The notes: generated by a model not told the origin, from the sequence alone. A stretch of 64,000 nt of DNA from Acidobacteriota bacterium (GCA_035529075.1 DATKXK010000005.1:196981-260980), one strand, 5' to 3'. Shown: positions 9,643 through 18,840, numbered from the stretch's first letter. Translations and numbers: made by a program.

Positions 9643-10170
9643 TTACCGGGCGTCCTCAGAATGCGATTCCCCCTGCACGACCTGCAGAAAAAGCCTGTAG
9701 CCCGTGTCGTCGAACAGGCAAAACTGAACGCGTTGCAAGTTGACCACCTGCGACTCAAACCCTCGTACTGCCTTTACCATGATGTTGGCGCAGGCCTTCA
9801 TGGGAAAACCGCCGACACCGGTGCCAAAGGCCGGCAGGGCCAGTGACTTGAGTCCGAGTTTTTCGGCCAGGCTCAGTGCGGCGATTGTCGCCCGGCGGAT
9901 CAGCCGGTCGCTGGTGCGAAGATCCTGGCCCATGACGGCCGCGTGGATGACGTACTTAAAGCGCAGTCTGCCGGCGCCCGTATAGACGGCCTCGCCCGGC
10001 ATTACCGGCCCCTTGTGCATGGCTTCCTCTTCAATCACCTGCCCGCCGTGGCGCTTGATGGCGCCGGCCACGCCTGAACCCATCCAGAATTCGTTGTTAG
10101 CGGCATTGACTATTGCCTCCGTATCCGCCGCCGTGATGTCGCCTTTTACGACTTCAAGCTTGATCGGCAC
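9643..10170 (-). CDS. Macro domain protein (ADP-ribose / O-acetyl-ADP-ribose binding or hydrolase)
   Basis: The GDIT...EAIVNAANN...GSGVAGAI and PAFGTGVGG motifs are present. Confidence 0.88.
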   Translation of the reverse strand: MPIKLEVVKGDITAADTEAIVNAANNEFWMGSGVAGAIKRHGGQVIEEEAMHKGPVMPGEAVYTGAGRLRFKYVIHAAVMGQDLRTSDRLIRRATIAALSLAEKLGLKSLALPAFGTGVGGFPMKACANIMVKAVRGFESQVVNLQRVQFCLFDDTGYRLFLQVVQGESHSEDAR

Positions 10171-10717
10171 TTCGCAGAACCCTCCTGTAGAACGTTCGAA
10201 AGGCGCGGGCCAGGATCAGCCCGATGGCAGTTCCCAGAACGGCGCCCGCCAGCACGTCGCCGGGATAGTGGACGCCGACAAACACCCGGCTGATCGCCAC
10301 CAGGGCCGCGAAGGAGAACAGGTAGGTGCGCGCCCGGGGGTAATGATATCCAAAGAGCGTCGCCTGGGCGAACACGTTGGCGGCGTGGGCCGACGGCATG
10401 GCCTTGCCTCCCCCGCAGCCGACTAGCAAGTGGACGACCGTCATCGTATGACAGGGACGCAGCCGCCCGATGGCGGGTTTCAGAAGACCGGCCGACACCT
10501 GGTCTGACAGCAGAAGTGTCAGCCCTGACGCCACCACTAGCCACCTGAGTTTGCGGTCTCCCTTGATCAGCATGGCGAGCACGACCGTGCCGTAAAGAAC
10601 CTTCAGGAGCGTATCAGACGTAACAATCGGCATGAGAAAGTCAGTGACCGGGTTAGCCAGAGTGAGGTTGACAAAGAGAAAGACGACCCGGTCAATTTCG
10701 GCCAGGAACTCAAGCAT
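10154..10717 (-). CDS. PAP2 superfamily membrane phosphatase
   Basis: The PAP2 motifs KPAIGRLRP, PSAHA and SRVFVGVHYPGDV are present, along with several hydrophobic segments. Confidence 0.85.
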   Translation of the reverse strand: MLEFLAEIDRVVFLFVNLTLANPVTDFLMPIVTSDTLLKVLYGTVVLAMLIKGDRKLRWLVVASGLTLLLSDQVSAGLLKPAIGRLRPCHTMTVVHLLVGCGGGKAMPSAHAANVFAQATLFGYHYPRARTYLFSFAALVAISRVFVGVHYPGDVLAGAVLGTAIGLILARAFRTFYRRVLRSADQA

Positions 10718-11636
10718 AGGTGGGCGGACCTTTCTTCAGGAATCGGGCAACCTGTGCCGCCGTGGGAAGGCCGGCCCGCGCACCCATGCGGGTGCACTTC
10801 TGCGCCGCCGTGGCGGATCCGAACTTCAGGCGCTCGGACATCGTGAAACCCTGAAGCAATCCGTAAATGTAACCGGCGTGGAAGGCGTCTCCGGCTCCCG
10901 TCGTATCGACGTTCTTCACCCTGAAGGCCGGTCGACGGACATACGCGCCGTTCTCAAAGCCGGTCGATCCCTTGATTCCCTCAGTGACGACAATGCTCCC
11001 CGGGCAGTGGCGCCGCAGCCTTTGGATTGCCTGCCGGGCCGAACGGGCGCCGGTGAACGGGAAGGCATAGCTGTCGGCGACCACGAGGTGATCGACCAAA
11101 GGGAAGATCGGTGAGACGTCGTTTCGGACTGAGCCGATGTCGAAGGTGATGGTTGCGCCCACGCGTATTCCCCATCGGGCCAGCTTGATGCAGGCTTTCA
11201 GATCGCGACCGTCCAGGTGGACTATCCGCGGGATGGGATAGCGCAGCGGCGTAATGTCGCGAGGCGTCAAATGGATTATTCGATTGAGCACCATCGTGCG
11301 GCGGCCGCCGGGGGTCTCGACGACGCCGACGGCGGTATCGGACGACCCTCTCTTGAACACCACGAAGCGGTGATCGACGCCCTCTTTCCCAAGGTCCTCA
11401 AGGCCCAGCCTGCCCACCAGGTCATCGGCCACGGCCGTAATCAGCGCGGCGCTGTGGCCCATGCGTTTCAGGGCGATCATCACGTTGGGTACCGGCCCGC
11501 CCCCCTGGATACACAGCCCCCGGCCGTCAATCTTGCTGCCCGCTCGCGGATAGGTATCGACGCTGAACAGCAGGTCCAGGGGCATGATGCCGATGCCCAG
11601 GCAGTCTATGGTTTCAGTCCGGCGTGGTTTCCTCAA
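10710..11636 (-). CDS. PfkB family carbohydrate/nucleoside kinase
   Basis: A GG dipeptide region lies near the N-terminus and the C-terminal DTTGAGDAF anion-hole motif is present. Confidence 0.85.
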   Translation of the reverse strand: MRKPRRTETIDCLGIGIMPLDLLFSVDTYPRAGSKIDGRGLCIQGGGPVPNVMIALKRMGHSAALITAVADDLVGRLGLEDLGKEGVDHRFVVFKRGSSDTAVGVVETPGGRRTMVLNRIIHLTPRDITPLRYPIPRIVHLDGRDLKACIKLARWGIRVGATITFDIGSVRNDVSPIFPLVDHLVVADSYAFPFTGARSARQAIQRLRRHCPGSIVVTEGIKGSTGFENGAYVRRPAFRVKNVDTTGAGDAFHAGYIYGLLQGFTMSERLKFGSATAAQKCTRMGARAGLPTAAQVARFLKKGPPTYA

Positions 11637-12231
11637 TCCGTCCTTTTCCCGCAGTCAGTTCGTTGAACGAGGCCACCAGTTCATCCACCCGGCTGCGGCG
11701 GATTTCAAGGCGGACGCTCACGTGGTCAGAAAAATCGGTATCCTCTATCCGTGCCTCGAGACGATGCAGCAGTTTCTGCAAACGGTCGTACAGAGACAAG
11801 TCGAGATCAGCGCGGTAGTGCCGGCAGACGTACCGTTCACGAACGCCCGAGAGGTCCATCACGGCCCTGGCCGTCTCCGTGTAGGCTCTGGCCAGCCCGC
11901 CGGTACCGAGCTTGGTGCCGCCGAAGTACCTGGTAACGACAACGAGCACATTGGTAACGCCGCTGCCCGTAATCACGTTGTATATCGGTTTGCCGGCGGT
12001 ACCGTTCGGCTCGCCGTCGTCGGAATATCGGAACGCCTGTTCACCCGGTGCGCCCGTCAGCCAGGCGTAACAGTGATGAGTGGCGGAAAATTCGCGCCTG
12101 CGGATTTCCTCCAGCCTGGCTGCCGCCTTCTCGGAAGAGGACACGAGGCAGGATTCGCCTATGAACCTCGAGCCCTTCACTTTGATCTCGGTTTTTGTCT
12201 CCCGGGCTATTATCAGAAAACGGTCGTCCAT
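11614..12231 (-). CDS. yigZ: YigZ / IMPACT (UPF0029) family protein
   Basis: Contains KGSRFIG, the HHCYAW motif and VVVTRYFGGTKLG. Confidence 0.8.
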   Translation of the reverse strand: MDDRFLIIARETKTEIKVKGSRFIGESCLVSSSEKAAARLEEIRRREFSATHHCYAWLTGAPGEQAFRYSDDGEPNGTAGKPIYNVITGSGVTNVLVVVTRYFGGTKLGTGGLARAYTETARAVMDLSGVRERYVCRHYRADLDLSLYDRLQKLLHRLEARIEDTDFSDHVSVRLEIRRSRVDELVASFNELTAGKGRIEETTPD

Positions 12232-12239
12232 GGCGGTCT

Positions 12240-13145
12240 TTATACCAGGGCCTTGATGATTTCGTCAAGGCGATCGTATCCTTCAATCGGGATGGCGCCG
12301 CTTTGAACGGCGTGCGAGAGGCTCTCTTCGTCGGCCAGGGGACCCAGTTCAGGGTCGACCATGAAGAAGGTCAACTTGCCTATCTGGTTGCAGCAGGTTA
12401 CAATATCGAGCGCCCGGGCCGAATCGGCGTACATCTCCGGGACCACGACCGCCTGGGCCAGACCGATCAGAACCCGGTTGGCCTGGGCCATGGCCTGCAA
12501 GTTCGGCTTTTCGTCGGGAAGGTGCTCGCTGATCACACCGCCCGCCTGAGCGATGTCGATAGCCAGCCGCATGGCCTCGTCGCCGCCGAGTTGATCGAAG
12601 CCGACGTCGAGGACCGCGAAGGATTCCCCGGTCGCCGATTTGCATCCAAGATGGGCGGCAAAGTCGATGCCGCCGGACAGCGATGAAATCATCTGGACAC
12701 CTTCCTCGGCAAACCGTTTGGCCAGTCGCGTCGCCATCTGGATACCCTCGTTGGTTGCCACCTCGGCGCCGATGACGGCCACGGACCGCTTATCCGGTGA
12801 AGTCAGACGGCCGCGAACAAACAGCAGGGGCGGGGGGTCGTTCAACTCGAACAGCAACGGCGGGTAGCCATCGGTAAACCGGCTCGCGACCGATATGTCC
12901 CGGGACGCGAGGTTGTCCAAGAGCGATTGAGCCTCATCAAGGCGGTTCAACGCCGAGGAGATTCTCTTGGCCGCTTCTGCGGTCATGCCGTCGAGTTCAA
13001 GGATCGAGGCCGAAGCGGCCTTGAGGATGCGCTCGGGGGGACCGAGATGCCGGAAGAGCGCCTCGAACATGCGCGGTGTCACGCCCGCCAGTTTGCACAG
13101 AGCGAGCAACTGCGCGGCTATTGGATACTGCGACGTATCAACCAT
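12240..13145 (-). CDS. Divergent DprA/Smf-like (SLOG fold) protein
   Basis: It is collinear with the canonical DprA at 39157-40263: YPPLL...PPPLLFVRG, VIGAEVATNEG vs IVGTRHATEKG, GGIDFAAHLG vs EGIDAAAHRG, and ANRVLIGLA vs RNRIISGIS. It lacks the GARSG block. Confidence 0.6.
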   Translation of the reverse strand: MVDTSQYPIAAQLLALCKLAGVTPRMFEALFRHLGPPERILKAASASILELDGMTAEAAKRISSALNRLDEAQSLLDNLASRDISVASRFTDGYPPLLFELNDPPPLLFVRGRLTSPDKRSVAVIGAEVATNEGIQMATRLAKRFAEEGVQMISSLSGGIDFAAHLGCKSATGESFAVLDVGFDQLGGDEAMRLAIDIAQAGGVISEHLPDEKPNLQAMAQANRVLIGLAQAVVVPEMYADSARALDIVTCCNQIGKLTFFMVDPELGPLADEESLSHAVQSGAIPIEGYDRLDEIIKALV

Positions 13146-13248
13146 GCCCTAATGTAACCGTTTGCAGGATCAAGTCAACCGGCCACGTTACGGCAGAACC
13201 GAAGGCACGGGGCATGCCCCGCCCCGGGTCGCGCTGCCGAACCGGGAC

Positions 13249-13277
13249 TTGAACTATGGTACTCATTTAGGTATACT
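13249..13277 (+). promoter_or_regulatory. Sigma70-type promoter, apparently driving a leaderless mRNA
   Basis: TTGAAC (13249-13254), a 17-nt spacer, then TATACT (13272-13277). The ATG at 13284 is only 6 nt past the -10 element and has no Shine-Dalgarno sequence. Confidence 0.4.
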
Positions 13278-13283
13278 CAGACT

Positions 13284-14147
13284 ATGTTTCGTGCGAGTCT
13301 CTTTGCCGGCATTTTAGCGGGGCTGGTGCTGGCGGTCGTGTTGGGCGGGTGCAGCGGCCCTGACAGCGTCGAGGAATTGCAAGCAGCAGGTCAGAAAGCG
13401 TTCCTTCAGCAGGATTACGCCACCGCTCGCGATTACTTTCTCAGGGGTGTGGCCAAGGAACCCTCCAACAAGGATCTGCTGTACTACGCCGGTATGAGCT
13501 ACAAGCGGGACTTCCTCTACGACTCGGCCCTGTTTTATCTCAAACGGCTCGACATTCTGTACCCGAACGACCGTGAGACCAACCGGCAGCTATATGAAAT
13601 CGCCCTGGCCCTGGAGGACTGGGACTACGCCCGCACGGCGCTCACCGGCCTGGTGCGTACCGGAGACCGGATCGAGGACCATTACGCTGACTACGCGGAA
13701 CTGTGGGGCAAAGACAATCATCCGGGCAACGCATACTACTACACGAAACTGGCGATCGAAGTGGAGCCTGACAATCCGACCTACTATATGCAGGCCGCCG
13801 TGCTGGCTACGACCGTTGAACCCGGGCCCGCGGCCATGGCCTGGGTCGACACCGCAATTGCCAGGTTCGGCGAAAGCGATCCCTTTCTTGGCACCAAGGC
13901 TCTGATCCTGGCAAAACAGGAGAGCTACCGGGAGGCCGAAAGAATCTACCGCGATCTGGCCACCAGGGATACGACCAACGTCCTGCTCCAGGTCAACCTG
14001 GCTCACACCCTTGCCGCTCAGGACGACGTGACGAAGAAAACAGAGGCACTGGAGATTTATCGTTCGACGGCAGGCATAGTCTCACGGGATCTCAAGCTGG
14101 ATTCACTCATCGAGGAACTGGAACAGGAACTAAAAAGGGCTGAGTAG
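13284..14147 (+). CDS. TPR-repeat lipoprotein
   Basis: The signal peptide ends in the lipobox LGGC. The rest is repetitive helical A/Y/L-rich TPR-like sequence. Confidence 0.7.
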   Translation: MFRASLFAGILAGLVLAVVLGGCSGPDSVEELQAAGQKAFLQQDYATARDYFLRGVAKEPSNKDLLYYAGMSYKRDFLYDSALFYLKRLDILYPNDRETNRQLYEIALALEDWDYARTALTGLVRTGDRIEDHYADYAELWGKDNHPGNAYYYTKLAIEVEPDNPTYYMQAAVLATTVEPGPAAMAWVDTAIARFGESDPFLGTKALILAKQESYREAERIYRDLATRDTTNVLLQVNLAHTLAAQDDVTKKTEALEIYRSTAGIVSRDLKLDSLIEELEQELKRAE

Positions 14148-14279
14148 GATCGTTGCCGGTTCTACCCAACCCTTGCCTGTCCAAGGGACAGAGACAGGAG
14201 GGGGAGGTAAGTCATGTTCATGTGTTATAACACGACCGGTCTGGTGCGTCTTGTTTGAGGGACACAAAGGGAGGGAGTT

Positions 14280-15317
14280 ATGAAGAGAATGCGAGAAGCA
14301 ACAGGTTTGGCGCTTTTACTGATTTTCCTGGCTGGGGCTGGAAAGCCGGCCTACTCCGGCGTGCAAAGACCACATGCATTTGATTTCACCCTGGAGCCTG
14401 TATCAGAGCTGACAACGAACGCCCCTGTGACTATGAAACTGACATTCAGCCCCAGACGTCCGTGTGGAAACAAGGTTGTGGTGGCAGTAACCACGTTGAA
14501 TTACGTTCAAACGTTCAGTGAGAATACCTGGGAAGTGGAGCTTCAGGATGATGGTCCTTATTCAACGACTTTCCAGGTATCGATTCCAGACGATGATACA
14601 AGTTCTGTGCGTGTGACCCTGGAGTGTGGCCGGCTTCGAGGAACAATCGAGCGCTCTTTTGTATCGACGGGTGACACCGTCGAATACTGGATAAGCCGTC
14701 CTCGACACTACCGCCCACACCCGCCACCTCCCCAATCCGATCCCATAAGAGACACTCTCACCCAGGAGCAGTTGGCCACTGAGTACGAGGTTGCGCTTGA
14801 TCTGCGGGACTCGGCCCATCTGAAAATCGCTGAGGAGATACTTGGACCACTGCCCGATTCTGCTAAGTGTAAGTACAAAGGCCGCCATGGATATTACATA
14901 CTCATGGCCAGCCTGCGGGAACTTATCGAGTTGGCCGATGCGGGAATAGGATTCGAATTCACTAGCCCGCCACCCTGGGACCGGCAGTATCGCCCACCGG
15001 AGGACAGTCTGCCTGAGAAACAACCGGAAACAGACTCAACAAAACAGTCGGGAGACTTGAAGGGCCTGCTTAATCCGAATTCCCCTGCCGGTTTCTCGCG
15101 GAAAGTGATCTACTTCACCCGTGAGACAAAGCCGCCCGCCTGCTGCAGCTTCGTTACTGCCGTGCTCCTGTCGCACCGGAGTTGCTGCATGACCATTGCA
15201 GTCTTGACGGACCCCCCGGATCGTTGGAGCAAATCGTCGGCCTTCTCCAGCGTCAGGTCGTACAGATCCATCAGGATTTTGCGCGATCGTGCGGCGAGCT
15301 TTTCGGATTTCGCCTGA
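14280..15317 (+). CDS. Hypothetical secreted protein; the 3' end is uncertain
   Basis: GGGAGGGAG (14269-14277) precedes the ATG, and the N-terminus looks like a signal peptide. G+C is lower than in the flanks. The last 208 nt overlap murQ on the opposite strand. I recognise no family. Confidence 0.4.
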   Translation: MKRMREATGLALLLIFLAGAGKPAYSGVQRPHAFDFTLEPVSELTTNAPVTMKLTFSPRRPCGNKVVVAVTTLNYVQTFSENTWEVELQDDGPYSTTFQVSIPDDDTSSVRVTLECGRLRGTIERSFVSTGDTVEYWISRPRHYRPHPPPPQSDPIRDTLTQEQLATEYEVALDLRDSAHLKIAEEILGPLPDSAKCKYKGRHGYYILMASLRELIELADAGIGFEFTSPPPWDRQYRPPEDSLPEKQPETDSTKQSGDLKGLLNPNSPAGFSRKVIYFTRETKPPACCSFVTAVLLSHRSCCMTIAVLTDPPDRWSKSSAFSSVRSYRSIRILRDRAASFSDFA

Positions 15318-16021
15318 AGGTCAATCATCAGATTCCCGTAGGTCTTGCCGAGCAGGACCATGGCAGTGGTGGAAATCATATTGAGGGCCATCTTCTGTGC
15401 CGTGCCTGATTTCATTCTGGTGGAGCCCGTGATGGCTTCAGGTCCGACCGGCAGTTCGATCACAACGTCGGGTCGGACCGGCAGATCAGCGCCCTTGTTG
15501 CATATGATAAACGCTGTCCTGCATCCTGTTGTCGCGGCGTACGCGAGGGCCGACAACGTGTACGGTGTCCGCCGGGAGGCACAGATGCCGATAACGAAGT
15601 CGGACGGTGTAAGGCCGTGTTTTTCCAGGTCAATGACGGCCGCGTCGCGGTTATCCTCCATGCCTTCGATGGAGAGTATCAGGGCGGCCGGTCCACCGGC
15701 GATGATACCGATGATCCGGTCAGGATCGGTACCGAAAGTCGGCGGACATTCGGCGGCGTCCAGGACGCCCAGGCGGCCGGAGGTTCCTGCGCCTACATAA
15801 AAGACTCTCCCGCCCGATCGGAGGGTGTCGGCAAAAATCTCGGCTGCCCGAGAGATCGGTCCCAGGGCTTTGTTTACGACATCGGCTACGGTTCCGTCCT
15901 GGTCGTTTATCCTGTGGGCAATCTCGCGGCTGCTCAGAGAGTCGATGTCCGCGGTGGCGGGGTTGACCTGTTCGGTCTCGAGCTTCTGCAGCTGCTTGAT
16001 GAGTTTTTCAAAGTCGGCCAT
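15110..16021 (-). CDS. murQ: N-acetylmuramic acid 6-phosphate etherase
   Basis: The start is trimmed to ATG 16021 (MADFEKL...). The SIS domain motifs VGAGTSGRLG and LDAAECPPTFG are present, and the 303-aa length is typical. Confidence 0.88.
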   Translation of the reverse strand: MADFEKLIKQLQKLETEQVNPATADIDSLSSREIAHRINDQDGTVADVVNKALGPISRAAEIFADTLRSGGRVFYVGAGTSGRLGVLDAAECPPTFGTDPDRIIGIIAGGPAALILSIEGMEDNRDAAVIDLEKHGLTPSDFVIGICASRRTPYTLSALAYAATTGCRTAFIICNKGADLPVRPDVVIELPVGPEAITGSTRMKSGTAQKMALNMISTTAMVLLGKTYGNLMIDLQAKSEKLAARSRKILMDLYDLTLEKADDLLQRSGGSVKTAMVMQQLRCDRSTAVTKLQQAGGFVSRVK

Positions 16022-16083
16022 AGAGCAAACGTAGACGGTAGCGGGACGTAAGGCAAGAAAAAGAGTATCGGATCGGCCGGCTG

Positions 16084-16887
16084 TCAGGGCTGCTGGGCGA
16101 CGCGTAGCGTATCGAAAAGGGTCACCACAATCGTCCCGAACTTTCCGCTGAGCTCCGGCAGCGAGATGTTGTCCGGACGCTGGTCGGGCAGCGGCACCGG
16201 GAGCAATCCGCTGGTCAGGGAGGAATCGGGCGTGCCGGTAAGGGCGTAAACGTACAGGTTGTACAGGCCGGTGTCCGGCTCGACCCCGCCGCTGAGTGCG
16301 AAGGCTTCGGGAGGAATGGTCTGGTCGTCGGCATATTTGCTGAACCCGTACCCGGTGTACACGGAGTCGCTCAGCACGGCGGCGATAACGAAAACCTCGG
16401 CCCGATTGCTGGTGCTCCATTCAAGCGACGCCTGGTCATTGCCCTGAATGAGCCGATTGGTCGGCACGACATTGGTGATCGTGAAACTGTCGGCTACGTT
16501 GACGGTGGTCGCGTACGCAAGCTCGGTGCCGTCCTGTACCTCCAGCGGCAGTAACGAGTCGGTAAAAACATACGGTGAATCGGTCATCAACCAGTAGGCG
16601 GAGTCCAGACACTGTTCGCAGGCCTCAAACGGGAGCGTTCGCCCCGCCAGGCTGACCTGGCCGGTGGTCACGATGTGCTCCCCGCGTTCCAGCCTGACCA
16701 CCACCTTAAGGCTCTTCGAGATGGGGTTGGACGCCAGATTGGGGTCAACCACCAGCGCACCGCTAATGCCGTAGGTTTCCTCGTCCGTCTTGACCGGACT
16801 GTCATTGCACCCTGAAGCGGCCGTGAGCAGCGCAAGGGCGACCAGGGTGAACAGCCATCGGCTCGTCTTTAGGCAGGTCTCAACCAT
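16084..16887 (-). CDS. Hypothetical lipoprotein
   Basis: The signal peptide carries the lipobox AASGC. The gene is co-directional with murQ and immediately upstream of it. I recognise no family. Confidence 0.55.
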   Translation of the reverse strand: MVETCLKTSRWLFTLVALALLTAASGCNDSPVKTDEETYGISGALVVDPNLASNPISKSLKVVVRLERGEHIVTTGQVSLAGRTLPFEACEQCLDSAYWLMTDSPYVFTDSLLPLEVQDGTELAYATTVNVADSFTITNVVPTNRLIQGNDQASLEWSTSNRAEVFVIAAVLSDSVYTGYGFSKYADDQTIPPEAFALSGGVEPDTGLYNLYVYALTGTPDSSLTSGLLPVPLPDQRPDNISLPELSGKFGTIVVTLFDTLRVAQQP

Positions 16888-17302
16888 ACGTTACCTGTAT
16901 CGGCAGGAAGATCGAGCGGATTTACCGGAATGTCCAGAGTAACCGATGCGCCGAAAAACACGCGTCTGTGCTCGCGGCGGAGCGCACCCGGTCACGGGAC
17001 AGGCCCGTTTCGGGAGTCACGGCGGGCGCTGCCCGGAATGACGGCTAATCAGCCCGCCGGCAAGATGCCCTGTCAGGGGTCCTCTTTTCTTCCAGCATGG
17101 AGGTAGAGTCCCAGGGACAGCGATTTGGGCGCCATCCAACTAACCCGTTGCCATTCCGCCACTTACTGCGTTCGGCCAGCGATTTGCCAATTAATGGTGT
17201 CTGGCGACTGTTAGTTTTCCGGTTCAGATTCCGATATGGAAAGATGAATGGGCGGAGGTCAATATCATAGCCAAACCCAAGGTTCAATTAAGGAGGATTG
17301 CC

Positions 17303-18487
17303 ATGAAGAGTATGGCGAGGATTGCATTGGGCGTTGTCTGTCTGGGCCTGCTAGCGGTATCCAACGCGCCGGCCACGGACACAGGTTCATTCGATCTGAA
17401 CTGGTACGGGTCTCTCAAACTCGACGGTTCGTGGGATGAAAACCTTACCAGCCACGGCAACTACGTCATGTGGATCAACCCGCGGGTGTACAACGGGGAT
17501 GACGAACAGTTCAACATGACGGCTAACGAAACTCGTTTCGGTCTCAGCATCACCGGAGATCCCTCGCGGGATATCGCCGTGTCGGGACAGCTCGAATTCG
17601 ATCTGTACGCCGGTGCTGCCGCGGGGGCGATCGCGGAGAATCAGGCAATGTTGCAGTTGCGGCATGCCTACTTCACCCTGGAGATGGAAAACACGCGCAT
17701 TGTCGCAGGTCAAACCTGGGATATGATTTCTCCGTTGAACCCGACCACGTTGAATTATTCGGTACTGTGGGGATGTGGCAACATCGGTTACCGTCGCCCG
17801 CAGATCAGCCTCTGGCACACCCTCGATACCGGTCCGGTGACGGAAGTTACCGTGGCCGCCGGGTTCTACCGCACGATCGGCAGCGATCTGACACCGACCT
17901 TCACCCTTGCCGCCGGTGAGTTCAGCGACGGGGACGAGGACGGTGCGGACGCCGGGATACCTTCGTTCCAGGGACTCTGCGAGGTTGACCACCAGTTTGC
18001 CTCCGGTACTTCTCTCAGGCTCGGTGCCTCCGCCCTGTGGGGCCGGTTGAAGGCCGAGACCACGTTGGGGAACTCTGCGACGTACAAGACCTGGGCGGCG
18101 TCAAGTCACATGGCGCTGACGTGGCCGACCGGGTTCGGGATCTCCAGCGAGCTGTTCACGGGAGAGAATCTGGGCAGCTACTACGGTGGCATTCTCAACA
18201 CGAATGTCGTGGATGGTCTGGCGACCGTCGGCGGCTGGGTTTCTGTCTGGATGTCGCCCTCGGATCCGGTCAAGCTTTCGGCCGGTATCGGCATGGATGA
18301 TCCGGACGATGATGAGTTGGGTGTGGCCAGTCGCGCCAAGAACCGCTGCGTCTGGGGTAACATCCGCTACGCCGTTGTCCCGCAGGCCACCATCGGCTTC
18401 GAGCTTTCACAGTGGAAAACGCAATATAAGGACGCGGGCAGTGTGGCCAGCCTGCGTGCCCAGACTTCGTTCATTCTCGAGTTCTAA
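17303..18487 (+). CDS. Putative outer-membrane beta-barrel porin
   Basis: AGGAGG precedes the ATG. A signal peptide, alternating amphipathic beta-strand pattern and C-terminal ...SFILEF (terminal Phe) are present. Confidence 0.65.
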   Translation: MKSMARIALGVVCLGLLAVSNAPATDTGSFDLNWYGSLKLDGSWDENLTSHGNYVMWINPRVYNGDDEQFNMTANETRFGLSITGDPSRDIAVSGQLEFDLYAGAAAGAIAENQAMLQLRHAYFTLEMENTRIVAGQTWDMISPLNPTTLNYSVLWGCGNIGYRRPQISLWHTLDTGPVTEVTVAAGFYRTIGSDLTPTFTLAAGEFSDGDEDGADAGIPSFQGLCEVDHQFASGTSLRLGASALWGRLKAETTLGNSATYKTWAASSHMALTWPTGFGISSELFTGENLGSYYGGILNTNVVDGLATVGGWVSVWMSPSDPVKLSAGIGMDDPDDDELGVASRAKNRCVWGNIRYAVVPQATIGFELSQWKTQYKDAGSVASLRAQTSFILEF

Positions 18488-18524
18488 GGTGCAGCTTCGG
18501 CTGCCCGAGAGGACATTGACTAAA

Positions 18525-18552
18525 ACGGCAGGACCGCTGACGGTCCTGCCGT
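18525..18552. terminator. Bidirectional intrinsic terminator between convergent genes
   Basis: A 12-bp stem ACGGCAGGACCG / CGGTCCTGCCGT with a 4-nt loop is flanked by AAAA on the 5' side and TTCTC on the 3' side. Confidence 0.6.
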
Positions 18553-18627
18553 TTCTCATGCCCTTCCGATAATTCAAAACGCCGGGCTTGGCGGGCGTCG
18601 GACAAGCGGCGGCGCGGGTCCGGAGCG

Positions 18628-18840
18628 CTAGCCGCCGTCACAGGAATCGGCCGATGGCCGGAGAAACGTCTTCTTCAAGACGATTTCTGCGGGACAGAAC
18701 TTCGTCAGCGCCGACTGAAGGAGGTTCAGCCCGACAAACGCGGCCAAAAGGAGCCCGTACGGGGACACGAAATAGTACAGTGTCAGCGACAGCAGGACCA
18801 GCGTGCCCGCGAGAAGTCTAATGGTGTTTTCCGGTGTCAT
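18628..18840 (-). CDS. DUF2892 (YgaP-like) small membrane protein
   Basis: ATG 18840 has AAGAGG upstream. There are two hydrophobic helices and the conserved C-terminal ...LTKFCP motif. Confidence 0.7.
   Translation of the reverse strand: MTPENTIRLLAGTLVLLSLTLYYFVSPYGLLLAAFVGLNLLQSALTKFCPAEIVLKKTFLRPSADSCDGG

Noticed and set aside
16022-16420. Upstream extension of the murQ ORF (15110..16420, minus strand)
   Set aside because: The Arg/Pro-rich extension overlaps the lipoprotein gene 16084-16887. MurQ homology starts at MADFEKL (ATG 16021).
16888-17302. 415-nt divergent intergenic region upstream of the porin gene as a riboswitch or ncRNA locus, including the 80-aa ORF 17045..17287(-)
   Set aside because: I could find no recognisable riboswitch core, terminator or repeat. 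The ORF has no RBS and an unremarkable composition. It may simply hold two divergent promoters.
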